From a virus (Duplodnaviria > Caudoviricetes), in IMG/VR virus record IMGVR_UViG_3300047301_000113, positions 1 to 26,280 of that record: DNA of 26,280 bases. The stretch is one strand, 5' to 3'. Each line of letters starts with the position of its first letter. Position 1 is the first letter of the stretch. Shown in pieces: positions 6,164 to 13,694 of this stretch. The notes under the pieces were generated by a model, which saw only the letters and a program-made list of their open reading frames with translations, was not told the DNA's origin and did not search any database. Both the position numbers and the translations under genes were made by a program.

Positions 6164-7026
6164 AATGGTTTAAGCATCAATCAACTGCAAGGAATGATGA
6201 AAAGATTGCGCTACTAGAAGATTTGGCCGGTCTTGAGGGCTATGGCTTCTATTTTAAAGTGCTGGAGATCATAGCGGAGAGTATGGACGATTCAAGTAAA
6301 AATCATGCTGAGTATAGCGTCAGTATGTGGTCAAAAAAGGTCAATGTTTTACCGGCTAAATTTAAAAAATTGGCATTGGCGTGTGCTGAAGTAGGTGTGT
6401 TTTTAGTAGAAAACAATACAAAAAACGAGCAAAAAGAGAGCAAAAACATAGCAAAAAGAGAGCAAAAACAGAGTAAAAACAGAAGTGAAACATACAAAAT
6501 CACATCACCTAACATATTGAAATTTAGGGATAACTACACAAAAAACTTGCAAGTAGCTTCTAAGCAAGAAGAAGAAGAAGAAGAAGATAAAGAAAGAGAA
6601 GTAAAAGAAACAGCAAAAGCAGTCGCTATCGCTCCCGCTATTTCGCCTGCTTTGCCTGATGAAAAAAAACCCGCCAAGTCCATCACGCCTACCGAGCTTG
6701 CGTTGCTGTTAGCGCTAGGTATCGACCGTCAACTGTCAATCGACTTTTTGACACTCAGGAAGGTCAAGAAAGCGCCCCTCACGCAAAAGGCGCTGGAAGG
6801 ATTGACCAGGGAAGCGGGCAAGGCTGGAATTTCGCTAGATGACGCCATTGGCATCTGCATCGATCGCAGCTGGACGGGATTTAACGCAAGCTGGAATTGG
6901 CAAACCAAGACAAGCCAATTCGGCCAAGGCAAAGGCGAAAAGCAAATATCAAATCTGCACGATGCTTACCATGCCTTCACGCAGTGCGATATGCCAAGCC
7001 AAGCGGGTATTCGCCATGAAAATTGA
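6160..7026 (+). CDS. Phage replication initiator (O-like; Lin1244/DUF4373-type N-terminus)
   Basis: MKWFKH...DEKI..L....GLEGYGFYFKVLEII; internal iterons; C-terminal DFLTLRKVKKAPLT...W.GF...W; upstream of loader and DnaB. Confidence 0.85.
   Translation: MKWFKHQSTARNDEKIALLEDLAGLEGYGFYFKVLEIIAESMDDSSKNHAEYSVSMWSKKVNVLPAKFKKLALACAEVGVFLVENNTKNEQKESKNIAKREQKQSKNRSETYKITSPNILKFRDNYTKNLQVASKQEEEEEEDKEREVKETAKAVAIAPAISPALPDEKKPAKSITPTELALLLALGIDRQLSIDFLTLRKVKKAPLTQKALEGLTREAGKAGISLDDAIGICIDRSWTGFNASWNWQTKTSQFGQGKGEKQISNLHDAYHAFTQCDMPSQAGIRHEN
6420..6480 (+). repeat. Iterons / probable replication origin
   Basis: AGCAAAAAGAGAGCAAAAACA at 6428-6448 and 6450-6470; A5 tracts at about 11-bp period from 6421 to 6479; GAA purine run at about 6567-6610. 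Confidence 0.75.
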
Positions 7027-7297
7027 AGACAAGCAACAATTCGCTCAGGCGTTAATCAAATCGGCACTGAATTATTCCAAGGATTTGACCAAGGAGCACA
7101 TGGCGATGTTGTGGGATGACCTGGTTGACTACGACATTGACGAAGTTGAGCAAGCAATAGCGCTGCAACGGCAAACAGGGGATTTTTTCCCCAAGGTGTC
7201 AGACATTATCGCGCTGATCCCTAGCCGCAAAACCAACAAGCTCAAGCCCGGTCAGTTTCTGATTGAGGGCGGCCGCAAATACAGGATGCTGAACTGA
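7016..7297 (+). CDS. Helicase loader/inhibitor, G39P-like
   Basis: LWDDLVDYDIDEVEQAI...FFPKVSDII pattern; between initiator and DnaB. Start moved to ATG 7016. Confidence 0.65.
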   Translation: MKIEDKQQFAQALIKSALNYSKDLTKEHMAMLWDDLVDYDIDEVEQAIALQRQTGDFFPKVSDIIALIPSRKTNKLKPGQFLIEGGRKYRMLN

Positions 7298-8577
7298 TGC
7301 AAGCGGCTAAACACAAAAATACCGAGGAAGTGGTCATTTCTGCGATTTTACACACGCCGTCATTGATTTTGACCCAACCGCTAGAGGCTCGCTGGTTTGT
7401 TGCGCACCGGAAGATTATCGAAACCATGCAGCATTTGGCGGCAACCGGGGTTGAAGTCGATGCGTTCAGCGTGTCGGATGCGCTTAACCAACCGGGCTTG
7501 CTGGCGGTACTGGTCGATATTCAGAAAAACGTCTTTGGCCGTGAGGGTAATTACACCGGGAATGTTGCTAAATTGCGTGATTACTTTGAGTCCAGCGCTA
7601 TCCATGCGTCGATCAAGAAAGCGGATCGTGACATTGGCGACGGTGAAGCGCCTGCGGTGGTCATGACTGGCTTGATTGCTGATGCTATCAAGATTTCCAG
7701 TGCTGAGGGCAAGAGCGCGGTGTACAACGCCAAAGAAGCGATGAGTGTTTTTATCAATCGCCTGGATGAAATTTACGACGCTAGAGATACCGGCGGCACC
7801 GGCTTAAAAACCGGCATTGCAACGCTGGATGAATCAATGGGCGGGATGCACCCGTCCGATATGGCGATTGTTGGGGCGAGACCGGGGGTGGGCAAAACGG
7901 CGTTTGCGGTGTCGATTATGCGCAATGTGGCGAAACAGGGTAAGCGCGTCGGCTTTTTCTCAACGGAAATGAGCGTGTTTCAGGTAATGAGCCGCTTTGC
8001 CAGTATCGAATCGAAAATTAACGCGCACAAGCTAAGGCAAGCGGACTTGGATGAGATGGATTTTGCCAGGATAACAGCCGCAACCAGCACCATCATGGGC
8101 TTTAACCTGCGCATTTGTGACAAGCCCGCCATCACCATTGGCGAGCTATCAATGCAAGCTAGAGCGTGGGCGGCGGATGGCGGTTTGGACTTTATTGCAG
8201 TGGATTATCTGACCCGGCTACACCCTGACAAAGTGGGCTTTAATCAAAACTTGGATGTTGGTCTAATTGTGACTGGACTGAAAAACTTAGCGCGTAATTT
8301 GAATATTCCAGTGATGGTGTTGGCGCAGCTAAACCGCTCTGGCGCACAACGCAAAGACAAGCGCCCTGTGATGTCAGACCTGCGTGATTCCGGCATTATC
8401 GAACAGGAAGCCGATCAAATTTTGATGTTGTACCGGCCTGATGAGGACAGCGAGACCGAGTTTCCACCTGAAATCGTTATTGAAAAGAACCGGCACGGAG
8501 AATGCGGGATTGTGCGCTGTGAGTTTGAAAAATCGACGATGCATTGGCGCGATGTTGAGGCTGGCTATGATGCTTAG
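7297..8577 (+). CDS. dnaB: DnaB-like replicative helicase
   Basis: GARPGVGKT Walker A, FSTEM, VDYL, LAQLNR, RPVMSDLRDSGIIEQEAD, KNRHG. Confidence 0.97.
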   Translation: MQAAKHKNTEEVVISAILHTPSLILTQPLEARWFVAHRKIIETMQHLAATGVEVDAFSVSDALNQPGLLAVLVDIQKNVFGREGNYTGNVAKLRDYFESSAIHASIKKADRDIGDGEAPAVVMTGLIADAIKISSAEGKSAVYNAKEAMSVFINRLDEIYDARDTGGTGLKTGIATLDESMGGMHPSDMAIVGARPGVGKTAFAVSIMRNVAKQGKRVGFFSTEMSVFQVMSRFASIESKINAHKLRQADLDEMDFARITAATSTIMGFNLRICDKPAITIGELSMQARAWAADGGLDFIAVDYLTRLHPDKVGFNQNLDVGLIVTGLKNLARNLNIPVMVLAQLNRSGAQRKDKRPVMSDLRDSGIIEQEADQILMLYRPDEDSETEFPPEIVIEKNRHGECGIVRCEFEKSTMHWRDVEAGYDA

Positions 8578-8797
8578 CTGGCCAATACTGGCTTTACCCC
8601 CGATAAATTTATGGAGCTTTCCTGTGCAAACAAAACGTAATGTGAAATTAGACAACCGGGCTAGAAGTCTAAAATTAAACCCACGGCCAAGACCGAAAAA
8701 GGCCAGTCAGCCGATCATCGAGCCAGCTAAAGGCGAGGTCCACGGCTACGAAATAGCACGGGCGATGCACTGCGCTTGCTTTAGTGCAAAACGATAA
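8567..8797 (+). CDS. Hypothetical basic protein
   Basis: GAGG RBS, ATG overlapping the end of dnaB; fills the gap to the next gene. Confidence 0.5.
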   Translation: MMLSWPILALPPINLWSFPVQTKRNVKLDNRARSLKLNPRPRPKKASQPIIEPAKGEVHGYEIARAMHCACFSAKR

Positions 8798-8812
8798 TTA
8801 ACAAGGAAAGCC

Positions 8813-9520
8813 ATGAGAAACGCATTACAAATTTTGCCGACTGCAAATAAAACAACGATGTCATCAACTGAAATTGCCGAGCTGACTGGTAAGCGAAAAA
8901 ATGACATTAACCAGGACATAAAAACACAGCTTTTTATTGGTCTTTATGACTTAAAAGATGGTGGAGATTTCCACCATCAACAAATTCAAGGCATTACGAT
9001 TGTTCTTGATAATCGCGATTACTGGTCTGAGGTGCTGCTCGATAAGTATCACACCGACATTCTTATTTCCGGCTACGAAGTTAAGTACCGCGCTGCCATT
9101 GTGAAGCGCTGGCATGAGCTTGAGCAACGCAATCATATTGTGATGCCTAACTTTTCCGATCCTGCCGCCGCCGCTATCGCTTGGGCGGAACAGTACACTC
9201 TTGCACAAAACGCAATAGCCACTAAAGCCGAAATTGGCAACCGCCGCGAAGCCACGGCAATGAATACCGCCAGCCAAGCCGTTAAGCAAGTCAAAAAACT
9301 GGAAGTCGAACTGGACAGGTCAAAAGACTACTGCACGATTAAGCGCATGGAAATGCTGTATCACGGGCAAAAGTTTAATTGGCGGCTGTTAAAAGGCGCA
9401 TCTACTGATTTAGGTATTGAGCCGCAAGATGTATTCGATGCCAATTACGGTACGGTCAAAGCTTATCACATTGACGCCTGGCAAGAAGCCTATGCCATTA
9501 GCCATTTAGAAGCGGCATAA
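8813..9520 (+). CDS. Rha-family/antirepressor-like regulatory protein
   Basis: TMSSTEIAELTGKRK...LISGY...R..IVKRWHELE...PNFSDPAAAAIAWAEQY...FDANYGTVKAY. Confidence 0.85.
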   Translation: MRNALQILPTANKTTMSSTEIAELTGKRKNDINQDIKTQLFIGLYDLKDGGDFHHQQIQGITIVLDNRDYWSEVLLDKYHTDILISGYEVKYRAAIVKRWHELEQRNHIVMPNFSDPAAAAIAWAEQYTLAQNAIATKAEIGNRREATAMNTASQAVKQVKKLEVELDRSKDYCTIKRMEMLYHGQKFNWRLLKGASTDLGIEPQDVFDANYGTVKAYHIDAWQEAYAISHLEAA

Positions 9521-9575
9521 AACCCAATAACCCGGAAGCCGACCCCGGTGTTGGTCGGCATAATACGGAATAACT

Positions 9576-9998
9576 ATGGCTCTCAATAATTGCTGTTTCA
9601 TGGGAAATTTAGGCGCTGATCCCGATAAACGGGTTTTGCCCGATGGCACGGTGGTAGTGAATCTATCTATCGCGTGTAGTGAAAAGTGGAAAGACAAAAT
9701 CACCGGCGAAATTAAAGAGAATACCGAATGGGTGCGGGCGGCCATCTTTGGCAAACGCGCCGAAGTGGTGGCTGAACATTTCAAAAAGGGCAATCAGATT
9801 TATGTGCAAGGCAAGATGCGTACCCGCTCTTACGAAAAAGACGGGGTTAAGCATTGGGTGACTGAAATTATGGTCAATGATTTTCAGTTTTGCGGAAATC
9901 GCCCCGGCGGCGATAACACCAAGGCGCAGCAGCAGGCTGAGGCTTATGGCGCGGGGGCTAATTTCGACGCGCCTTTTGACGATGACATCCCGTTCTAG
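9576..9998 (+). CDS. ssb: Single-stranded DNA-binding protein
   Basis: GNLGADP...SEKWKDK.TGE.KE.TEW...KKGNQIYVQGKMRTR; acidic tail FDDDIPF. Confidence 0.97.
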   Translation: MALNNCCFMGNLGADPDKRVLPDGTVVVNLSIACSEKWKDKITGEIKENTEWVRAAIFGKRAEVVAEHFKKGNQIYVQGKMRTRSYEKDGVKHWVTEIMVNDFQFCGNRPGGDNTKAQQQAEAYGAGANFDAPFDDDIPF

Positions 9999-10000
9999 TC

Positions 10001-10099
10001 ATGCGCTGGCTGGCTGCGTTAGGGATTTTGGCATTGGCGGTCATTATCATTGTGGTGATGGCGGTTAGGGAAGTCTTGGGCTTGGGCAATGAGCACTAG
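10001..10099 (+). CDS. 32-aa membrane microprotein
   Basis: Hand translation MRWLAALGILALAVIIIVVMAVREVLGLGNEH; starts 2 nt after the ssb stop and overlaps the HNH start. Confidence 0.5.
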   Translation: MRWLAALGILALAVIIIVVMAVREVLGLGNEH

Positions 10100-10337
10100 C
10101 CAACACGCCGCTTATCGGCGCTACATCAAGTCCGACGCCTGGAGACTGAAACGCCGCGAAGTGCTGGCACGAGATCGAGGCCGGTGTCGCTTATGCGGCA
10201 ATGCCGGTAAAGGGCTGGCGGTGCATCACTTGACTTACGCCCGCTTTAAAAACGAATTGTTAGATGATTTATTAACCCTGTGCCACGGCTGTCATGCGGC
10301 GGTACACCAAAACAAACGAGATGCTTATCATGGCTAA
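10089..10337 (+). CDS. HNH endonuclease
   Basis: W...R..VL.RD...CRLCG...VHHLTY...LLTLCHGCH..VH. Confidence 0.9.
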   Translation: MSTSQHAAYRRYIKSDAWRLKRREVLARDRGRCRLCGNAGKGLAVHHLTYARFKNELLDDLLTLCHGCHAAVHQNKRDAYHG

Positions 10338-10677
10338 AAAAGTAGAAGTGCAACAAGATTTATTCCCGGTGGCCGTTGAAATTTACGGCTTGGGCGTGTC
10401 CGAATTTAAGATCAAGGAGGATTGTGTGATTGCGACGCTGAACGGCCGCACCGGCATTACCGATGTGGCGCATGTGACTAATGAGGTTTGGCGTAAGGCG
10501 ATTGCTGAATGGCTGGTAATGCTGTGCGGTAATGAGGGCACGTGCATTGATGGCTATATCAACGAGGCGAGGATGCGACTGCACCAGCTGGCAGATGAGC
10601 GCGCGGAAGCATTGGCGCTGGTGAATAATTCCAAAGTGTCACAGTTTCCATCGAAAGCAGCAGGGGCGTTGGCGTAA
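10330..10677 (+). CDS. Hypothetical protein
   Basis: ATG at 10330 overlapping the HNH stop; N-terminal QQDLF. Confidence 0.7.
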   Translation: MAKKVEVQQDLFPVAVEIYGLGVSEFKIKEDCVIATLNGRTGITDVAHVTNEVWRKAIAEWLVMLCGNEGTCIDGYINEARMRLHQLADERAEALALVNNSKVSQFPSKAAGALA

Positions 10678-10795
10678 TGGAAATTATTATTACCTTTATG
10701 GCGGGCATTTGCGCCGGATCGTTGATTGTTATTTAGCTTGATGAGCGATGCAAAAGCAGCGGTAACAACTTATTTATCATAACCGGGGAGGGTTA

Positions 10796-11014
10796 GTGGC
10801 AAGACAAGAATTGATCGAAGAAATAAGTACAACGCACCGCGAAATCGAAGCGAATCGAAAAGAGTCACAGCAGCTAGTTGATCGTGTGCACAGATTAGCC
10901 AACAAAATACATTGCGAGCTGGCGCCGGCTAATGTGATTGCGCGTCGCGATTTAGGCATGCTGGACCTGATTATTTTTTGCAACACGGGCAAATACCCGA
11001 CTAAAGGGAGCTAA
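10796..11014 (+). CDS. Hypothetical coiled-coil protein
   Basis: GGAGG RBS, GTG start. Confidence 0.7.
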   Translation: MARQELIEEISTTHREIEANRKESQQLVDRVHRLANKIHCELAPANVIARRDLGMLDLIIFCNTGKYPTKGS

Positions 11015-11018
11015 AGCG

Positions 11019-11201
11019 ATGACAGAAAAAGAATTTACCCGCAACGGCATGCGTTTTGTGGCGGTTGAAGGTGACGATTGCAGTAAGTGCTATTTTGAGA
11101 ATAGATGCATATCCGACATCCACCCCTGCATGACTATGGGGCGCACAGATCGGATGGACATAGTGTGGACTAAAGTTAGTGTGGATTATCATGCCAATTG
11201 A
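11019..11201 (+). CDS. Hypothetical Cys-containing phage protein
   Basis: GGAG RBS; C..C.F...C......C....R.D pattern. Confidence 0.7.
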   Translation: MTEKEFTRNGMRFVAVEGDDCSKCYFENRCISDIHPCMTMGRTDRMDIVWTKVSVDYHAN

Positions 11202-11274
11202 GTATTTAGTTTTTTGTGTATTTATTATGATATCGCTAATGTGCGCCGCAGAATTTGGCGCTGGAGATGATTAA
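11191..11274 (+). CDS. 27-aa membrane microprotein
   Basis: Hand translation MPIEYLVFCVFIMISLMCAAEFGAGDD; TAATG coupling to the next ORF. Confidence 0.5.
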   Translation: MPIEYLVFCVFIMISLMCAAEFGAGDD

Positions 11275-11408
11275 TGAGCGCTATTTTTGCTGAGATAATC
11301 TGGTTTTTTGTTTTGTTAGCTACGTTTTTAGTGGTTATCCCTATGGGATTTATTGTGATTAGTTTGGATTATTTGATTGAGGAGGCGTGGATGTGGATGT
11401 CAAAATAA
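11274..11408 (+). CDS. 44-aa membrane microprotein
   Basis: Hand translation MSAIFAEIIWFFVLLATFLVVIPMGFIVISLDYLIEEAWMWMSK; GGAG RBS. Confidence 0.55.
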   Translation: MSAIFAEIIWFFVLLATFLVVIPMGFIVISLDYLIEEAWMWMSK

Positions 11409-11502
11409 CAAAGCTTTGCAAAAGCTGCTGCTCTATAACAAAAAATGATGAAAAAAACCCGTATGAGTAACGAAAAAAGGAAATCGGCGATGAACACTAA
11501 TT

Positions 11503-11706
11503 ATGATTGAGATCTTAATAACGGCACTGCTAGCGGCAGTTTTGATCGCATGGATGCACGAGATTGCTGTGCATTACAAAACAACCAGGCCATGCCAGCA
11601 CCTGGCAAAGCTTAGCTATCACAGCTTAAAATTGCACCAATGCGTGGATTGCGGGGCAAAAATACCGATGGACGATAACACTGCAAAAATAAAACATCAA
11701 CGATGA
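11503..11706 (+). CDS. Small protein with N-terminal hydrophobic segment and C.H / CxxC
   Basis: ORF track; ATGA overlap with the next ORF. Confidence 0.6.
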   Translation: MIEILITALLAAVLIAWMHEIAVHYKTTRPCQHLAKLSYHSLKLHQCVDCGAKIPMDDNTAKIKHQR

Positions 11707-11867
11707 CAAAACCAAGGCTGTGGAAAAACGGCGGGTACTGGATGTGCCGAGTGCTAGGCGATAGTAGCGTGGTATTTTGTGGTGCAGGCGATACACCCAG
11801 TATAGCGTATGCTAACTGGGCTAGGCAGGCAAGAAATAAGGAAGGTTGTAAACAATCCCCGACCTAA
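11703..11867 (+). CDS. Hypothetical 54-aa protein whose last codons come from the inserted element
   Basis: Hand translation MTKPRLWKNGGYWMCRVLGDSSVVFCGAGDTPSIAYANWARQARNKEG|CKQSPT. Confidence 0.6.
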   Translation: MTKPRLWKNGGYWMCRVLGDSSVVFCGAGDTPSIAYANWARQARNKEGCKQSPT

Positions 11868-12012
11868 AGGACGGGGCTTTATGGTAACTAAAATCGTTCC
11901 ACATTAGGACGGCTTGCAGCGCCCCTTGATAGGCTGAAAAGCCTGTCAAACTTAGCGATATTCGACGCCGCATTGACGTTGCTGTGAGATAAGTGACCAC
12001 AGTTTTTACAAT
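11830..12012 (-). ncRNA. Putative TnpB omega-RNA (reRNA) plus flanking guide; ends approximate
   Basis: Promoter TTTATT-17-TATAAT (12045-12017); hairpins TTGACAGGCT-TTTC-AGCCTATCAA, GGGGCG-CTGCAAGC-CGTCCT and the right-end hairpin; guide AACCTTCCTTATTTCTTG. Confidence 0.6.
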
Positions 12013-12105
12013 GATTATTATAGGGCAGAAACAATGCAAAATAAAAGCCAAAAGCACACCATTCCTCCCCGCCCTGAAGGGGGGGGGTCTCCTGGAGCTT
12101 TTCTG
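11848..12105 (-). mobile_element. Non-autonomous IS200/IS605-family mini element (PATE-like), 258 bp
   Basis: Left end: TTCAT|CAGAAAAGCTCCAG-GAGA-C9-TTCA-GGGCGGGG. Right end: AAAG-CCCCGTCC-TTTA-GGTCGGGG-ATTGT-TTAC|. tnpB 3' remnant inside; no target duplication; removal restores RBS+ATG of mor. Confidence 0.9.
11888..12013 (-). pseudogene. tnpB: tnpB 3'-terminal remnant
   Basis: HCKNCGHLSHSNVNAASNIAK matches the TnpB C..CG...(A)D.NAA.NI zinc-finger/RuvC-III motif, with the catalytic D replaced by N. Confidence 0.85.
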
Positions 12106-12483
12106 ATGAAGGCTGCAATAAATCTATTGCCTGAGTCAATCGTAGAAATAATCAGTATAATCGGGGAACACGAGACCGGTCTGCTGATTAAATATTTTTC
12201 TGGTCGGGCCGTATTTTTCCCTAAGAACCCTGGAAAAAACCCTGGCGCGATAAGCCCGTCCTCGTGGGCTACCCTATGCCTACACTTTGGTGGCAGCCTG
12301 GTATTTATTCCACGCTGCCACAAATCGCTGTTACATAGCAGGAATCAGCGAATAAAAGCGGACAGGAGCAACGGCTTGTCTATTGCTGAATTAACTGGAA
12401 AGTACACGTTAACCGACCGGCAAATCTTTTCTATCCTCGGCAAAGAAGTAAACGCCCAACAAAATGACCTGTTTTGTCTTTAG
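12106..12483 (+). CDS. mor: Mor/C-family transcription activator (late-gene activator)
   Basis: LLPES..EI...IG......L...F.G..VFFP...HFGGSLVFIPRC...RNQRI...G.SIAEL..KY.LTDRQIFSIL; immediately upstream of lysis genes. Confidence 0.9.
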   Translation: MKAAINLLPESIVEIISIIGEHETGLLIKYFSGRAVFFPKNPGKNPGAISPSSWATLCLHFGGSLVFIPRCHKSLLHSRNQRIKADRSNGLSIAELTGKYTLTDRQIFSILGKEVNAQQNDLFCL

Positions 12484-12526
12484 TGAAGCGCTTCATCTGC
12501 TATTTAGCCACCATAAGCCCTACACT
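12481..12526 (+). promoter_or_regulatory. Activator-dependent late promoter 1 (lysis/packaging)
   Basis: TAGTGAAGCGCTTCATCTG, 21 bp, TACACT; same layout as 19024-19069. Confidence 0.75.
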
Positions 12527-12553
12527 AAAGACAAAATAATCAGGGGATTTATT

Positions 12554-13015
12554 ATGGATCAGTTAATAGCGCAACTTAAGCGGCATGAAGGCTTTAAGGA
12601 ACATGTTTACCGCTGTTCAGCCGGCAAGTTAACCATTGGCTATGGCTATAATCTTGATGCTAACCCGCTAGAGCTTAGCTCAGTAGAGATTAATTTTGCG
12701 CGCATGTATGGCATGGCGGAGCAAGAGGCCGAACGGTTATTAACCCGGATGGTTGGGCGCTGCATAGGTCAACTCGATACCGCGCTGCCGTGGATAGATA
12801 ATCTAGGTGATGCACGGGAAAACGTACTCATTAACATGGCTTACAACATGGGTATTGTCGGCCTATTGAAATTTACTAAAACCTTGGCGTTAATTAAGTC
12901 AGGCGATTACCCCAAGGCAGCAGACGCGATGCTAAAAAGCAGGTGGGCTGCACAAGTTGGCCGAAGAGCAGTTGAATTAGCTGAACAAATGCGGAGCGGC
13001 ACTTATGGCGCTTGA
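12554..13015 (+). CDS. Endolysin, T4-lysozyme-like (GH24)
   Basis: HEGFKEHVYRCSAGKLTIGYG (E-x8-C-x5-T), LINMAYNMG...LLKF, ML.SRWA.QVG.RA. Start moved to ATG 12554. Confidence 0.93.
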   Translation: MDQLIAQLKRHEGFKEHVYRCSAGKLTIGYGYNLDANPLELSSVEINFARMYGMAEQEAERLLTRMVGRCIGQLDTALPWIDNLGDARENVLINMAYNMGIVGLLKFTKTLALIKSGDYPKAADAMLKSRWAAQVGRRAVELAEQMRSGTYGA

Positions 13016-13412
13016 TCCGTTCACTGCTGGATTTGACTTAATAAAAACCGGACTCGACAAAATTTTCCCCGACGCTGACACCGAGCTAAAGGGCAAACTC
13101 GCCGAGGCCGCTACTCAGATCAATAACGACTATCAACTGCAATTAGCACAGTTAGATATTAACAAAATAGAAGCGGCTAGTTCGTCGCTGTTCGTTTCAG
13201 GATGGCGGCCCGCTATCGGTTGGGTCTGCGGGTTTTCGCTGTGCTACGCGGCTATTATTGAGCCTATTGCGCGTTTTATAGCGTCGGTCATTTTTTTGTA
13301 TGCGGGCGCTTTTCCGGTCATCGATACCGACATTACTATGCAGATTTTGATGGGACTGCTCGGGTTGGCCGGTATGCGAACATTTGAAAAACACAAGGGG
13401 GTGGTAAAATAA
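13005..13412 (+). CDS. Holin of the 3TM (GTA-type) family
   Basis: INKIEAASSSLFVSGWRPAIGWVC...LMGLLGLAGMRTFEK. Confidence 0.88.
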   Translation: MALDPFTAGFDLIKTGLDKIFPDADTELKGKLAEAATQINNDYQLQLAQLDINKIEAASSSLFVSGWRPAIGWVCGFSLCYAAIIEPIARFIASVIFLYAGAFPVIDTDITMQILMGLLGLAGMRTFEKHKGVVK

Positions 13413-13460
13413 TGGACGACATAATCGCAGCGATCGTGCAAAAAACATTGCAGGTAAAAA

Positions 13461-13694
13461 ATGAGTGACGATGATTTGAATATCAGGTTGGTTAAGGTCG
13501 AGCAGCGGCTAGAGTCGCTATGCCGCGAACTAACAGAAGACAAAGCCGAGAGCAAGCATCAGCTAGAGCGCATTGTTGAAGCGCTTGATGATCTAAAAAA
13601 AGAGTCATCAAAAAACCGAGGATTTTTCGGTGGCATCGTTTTTGCAGTGTCAGCGTGTTTTGCGGTGATCGTTTATGCGCTGGGAAAAATGTAA
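13461..13694 (+). CDS. Small coiled-coil protein with C-terminal membrane anchor
   Basis: RLVKVEQRLESL... then FFGGIVFAVSACFAVIVYAL; TAATG coupling to the next gene. Confidence 0.75.
   Translation: MSDDDLNIRLVKVEQRLESLCRELTEDKAESKHQLERIVEALDDLKKESSKNRGFFGGIVFAVSACFAVIVYALGKM

Noticed and set aside
9538-9559. GCCGACC...GGTCGGC hairpin before ssb as a terminator
   Set aside because: No U-tract on either strand.
11821-12323. Minus-strand ORFs of 78, 83 and 101 aa as genes, or an active TnpB
   Set aside because: They cross the element boundaries; only 41 tnpB codons remain and the catalytic Asp is lost.
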